Source: Pseudovirgaria hyperparasitica (taxonomy: Eukaryota). From it: a stretch of DNA of 64,000 nt. Below the pieces are notes generated by a model, which was not told where the DNA came from, searched no databases, and saw nothing but the letters and a program-made list of their open reading frames with translations. The stretch lies in assembly GCA_010093815.1 (NCBI GenBank), contig ML996566.1; one strand, written 5' to 3'. The translations under genes and the position numbers were made by a program. Positions 62,481 through 64,000 of this stretch are shown here, piece after piece. Numbering within the stretch: position 1 is the first letter of the stretch; the number at the start of each line of letters is the position of its first letter.

Positions 62481-64000
62481 TGAACGTCCATCACGGTCGA
62501 CTTAAGAGCCACATTCGGTTGTTCAATAATTACTTTTGCGGCGTACACATGGGAATCACTCAGGGTTATGTCTGCATTCTTTGAGATATCCGCCACCGGC
62601 GCACATTATTTGACAGTTGAAGGTTGCATAGTTAGCAACTTCACTAATAGCGAGTCTTGCGCCTGTCCCTTATAAGTTGCATCTCTAACCTATGTCATCA
62701 ACTAATGGCCAAATATGGACTTCTGTCAGCACTAGCGGTATACTTTTATCACGTACAGACGCTCGTTATCGTTCTTTGCCTAATCCTCGCGAGAGGCACG
62801 CACTCCTGTACTACGCGCCAGCACCAGCAAATGGTAGTAAAATCCCGGGTGGTCCATGGTGAGCGGCTGAGGCCAGACCGTAGACAGTCGAGCATTGCCA
62901 AACGTCTGTCGATTGTCGCTGGTGGCACTCCAACAAGAAGTTCTGTAGGATGCATATCCATCATTGTCGCATGTACACATCGTAGACTCCATCTTTCGCG
63001 TATAACTGCCTTTGTAAATCTGGATTGCTTCATGCAGTGGGGCTATGATGGCTATGTCATATTTGCACACATAGGGTTAGAAATAGATGGGAGAAGAGAC
63101 CAGCTGGGCAGTCTGTCCAGTTGTTGCGGTGTGTAACGCTATCCATGTATCTGCTTGGTATAGAGTAGTGGCGAATTAATTGATAGCCTTAACCACTTCG
63201 TTCCCATTCTCGTCTTTCTACTAACGATCACAACTCCAATCACTTGTGATAGTCACCACCATTTTACGATCGCCTTCTCTAGACGGATCTTCGACAACGA
63301 CCTGTTCAGTCTCACCGAGAGCAAGGGGCAGGACCCCAATCCAGCCTCGCCAGCCCAGCAGCCGCAAGACAGGTTGACAGGGCATGCCTGGGGTCGGGGA
63401 CGGCTCGTGGACGGCCACTAAACGCTTCTAGGGAGAAAGTCCCGTGAAGATCTTCAAGATCTGCCGTAGTTAACAGTCTAACTGAAACCCTACGAGGCTC
63501 GTTCTTCTAACTAAGTGGTAGCACTTTGAACACGACGACAAGTAGAAGACTGCAAGATTGAACTGAAATGCTGGAGTACGAGAAAGAGATTAGCTATACT
63601 ATGAGCTAATTCCCTCCACCTGTCTCCCTTCATCTATCCCAAGCATTGTTATCCATACATGTTTGTTGTGTGCGAGAAATTCAAGGCTGGTGTTTTAGCA
63701 GGCCCAGGGGCTGTTGGCACGTTGACCCTACCCGGGGCGGGGGGCCCAGGGTGCCTGTTGATCGGCACAGCCGCGGCAGTTGCGCCGCCGTTGTACGACC
63801 ACCGTCGGCTTTCCTGGCGCAGGTCTACAGTATACTAAAAGCGGGCACAGGTCCGAGGCTGTTTTAAGAAAATGAACGTTGGAGTCAAGAGCGGTGAGTC
63901 TTGTTTTTCCTCACCTCCCTTTCGACGAGAGCCGTTGTTGTTATTACAAGCGGGGGGATAGTGGATGGGTGAGTTGTGTTGAATGCGACTGCAACTGCAC

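Noticed and set aside
1..64000. Many antisense or overlapping ORFs, and GTG/TTG-initiated N-terminal extensions in the ORF track; tRNA/rRNA genes; intact transposons
   Set aside because: The ORFs are shadows of real exons or use prokaryotic start rules. I saw no tRNA cloverleaf, rRNA, transposase or reverse-transcriptase motifs.

Overview
Eukaryotic, intron-containing DNA from a filamentous ascomycete (Pezizomycotina). The short GT-AG introns with CTAAC/CTGAC-type branch points are seen directly. A non-Aspergillus lineage is only an inference from the SCAP gene. I count about 26 protein-coding genes. Most are conserved housekeeping genes: RWD/GIR2, ACL4, SCAP, RIC1, SGT2, TMA20, RRP42, a VPS9-ankyrin-PX protein, AzgA and MCH1. 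The rest include a few enzymes, transcription factors and orphan proteins. The gene-poor stretch at about 26-40.5 kb contains a RIP-like AT island, tandem repeats and decayed reading frames. The best unannotated signal is a box C/D guide RNA on the minus strand (18181-18267). It sits in the intron of an apparently non-coding host transcript, and its D-box guide is complementary to U2 snRNA, pointing at the position equivalent to human U2 Am30. Other items are a class-1A-DHODH-like enzyme that is probably a dihydrouracil oxidase, a uORF overlapping the SCAP start codon, a bacterial-type fused hydrolase and a GH114 with no signal peptide. Exon boundaries were read by eye and family calls come from recognised motifs; no searches were run.
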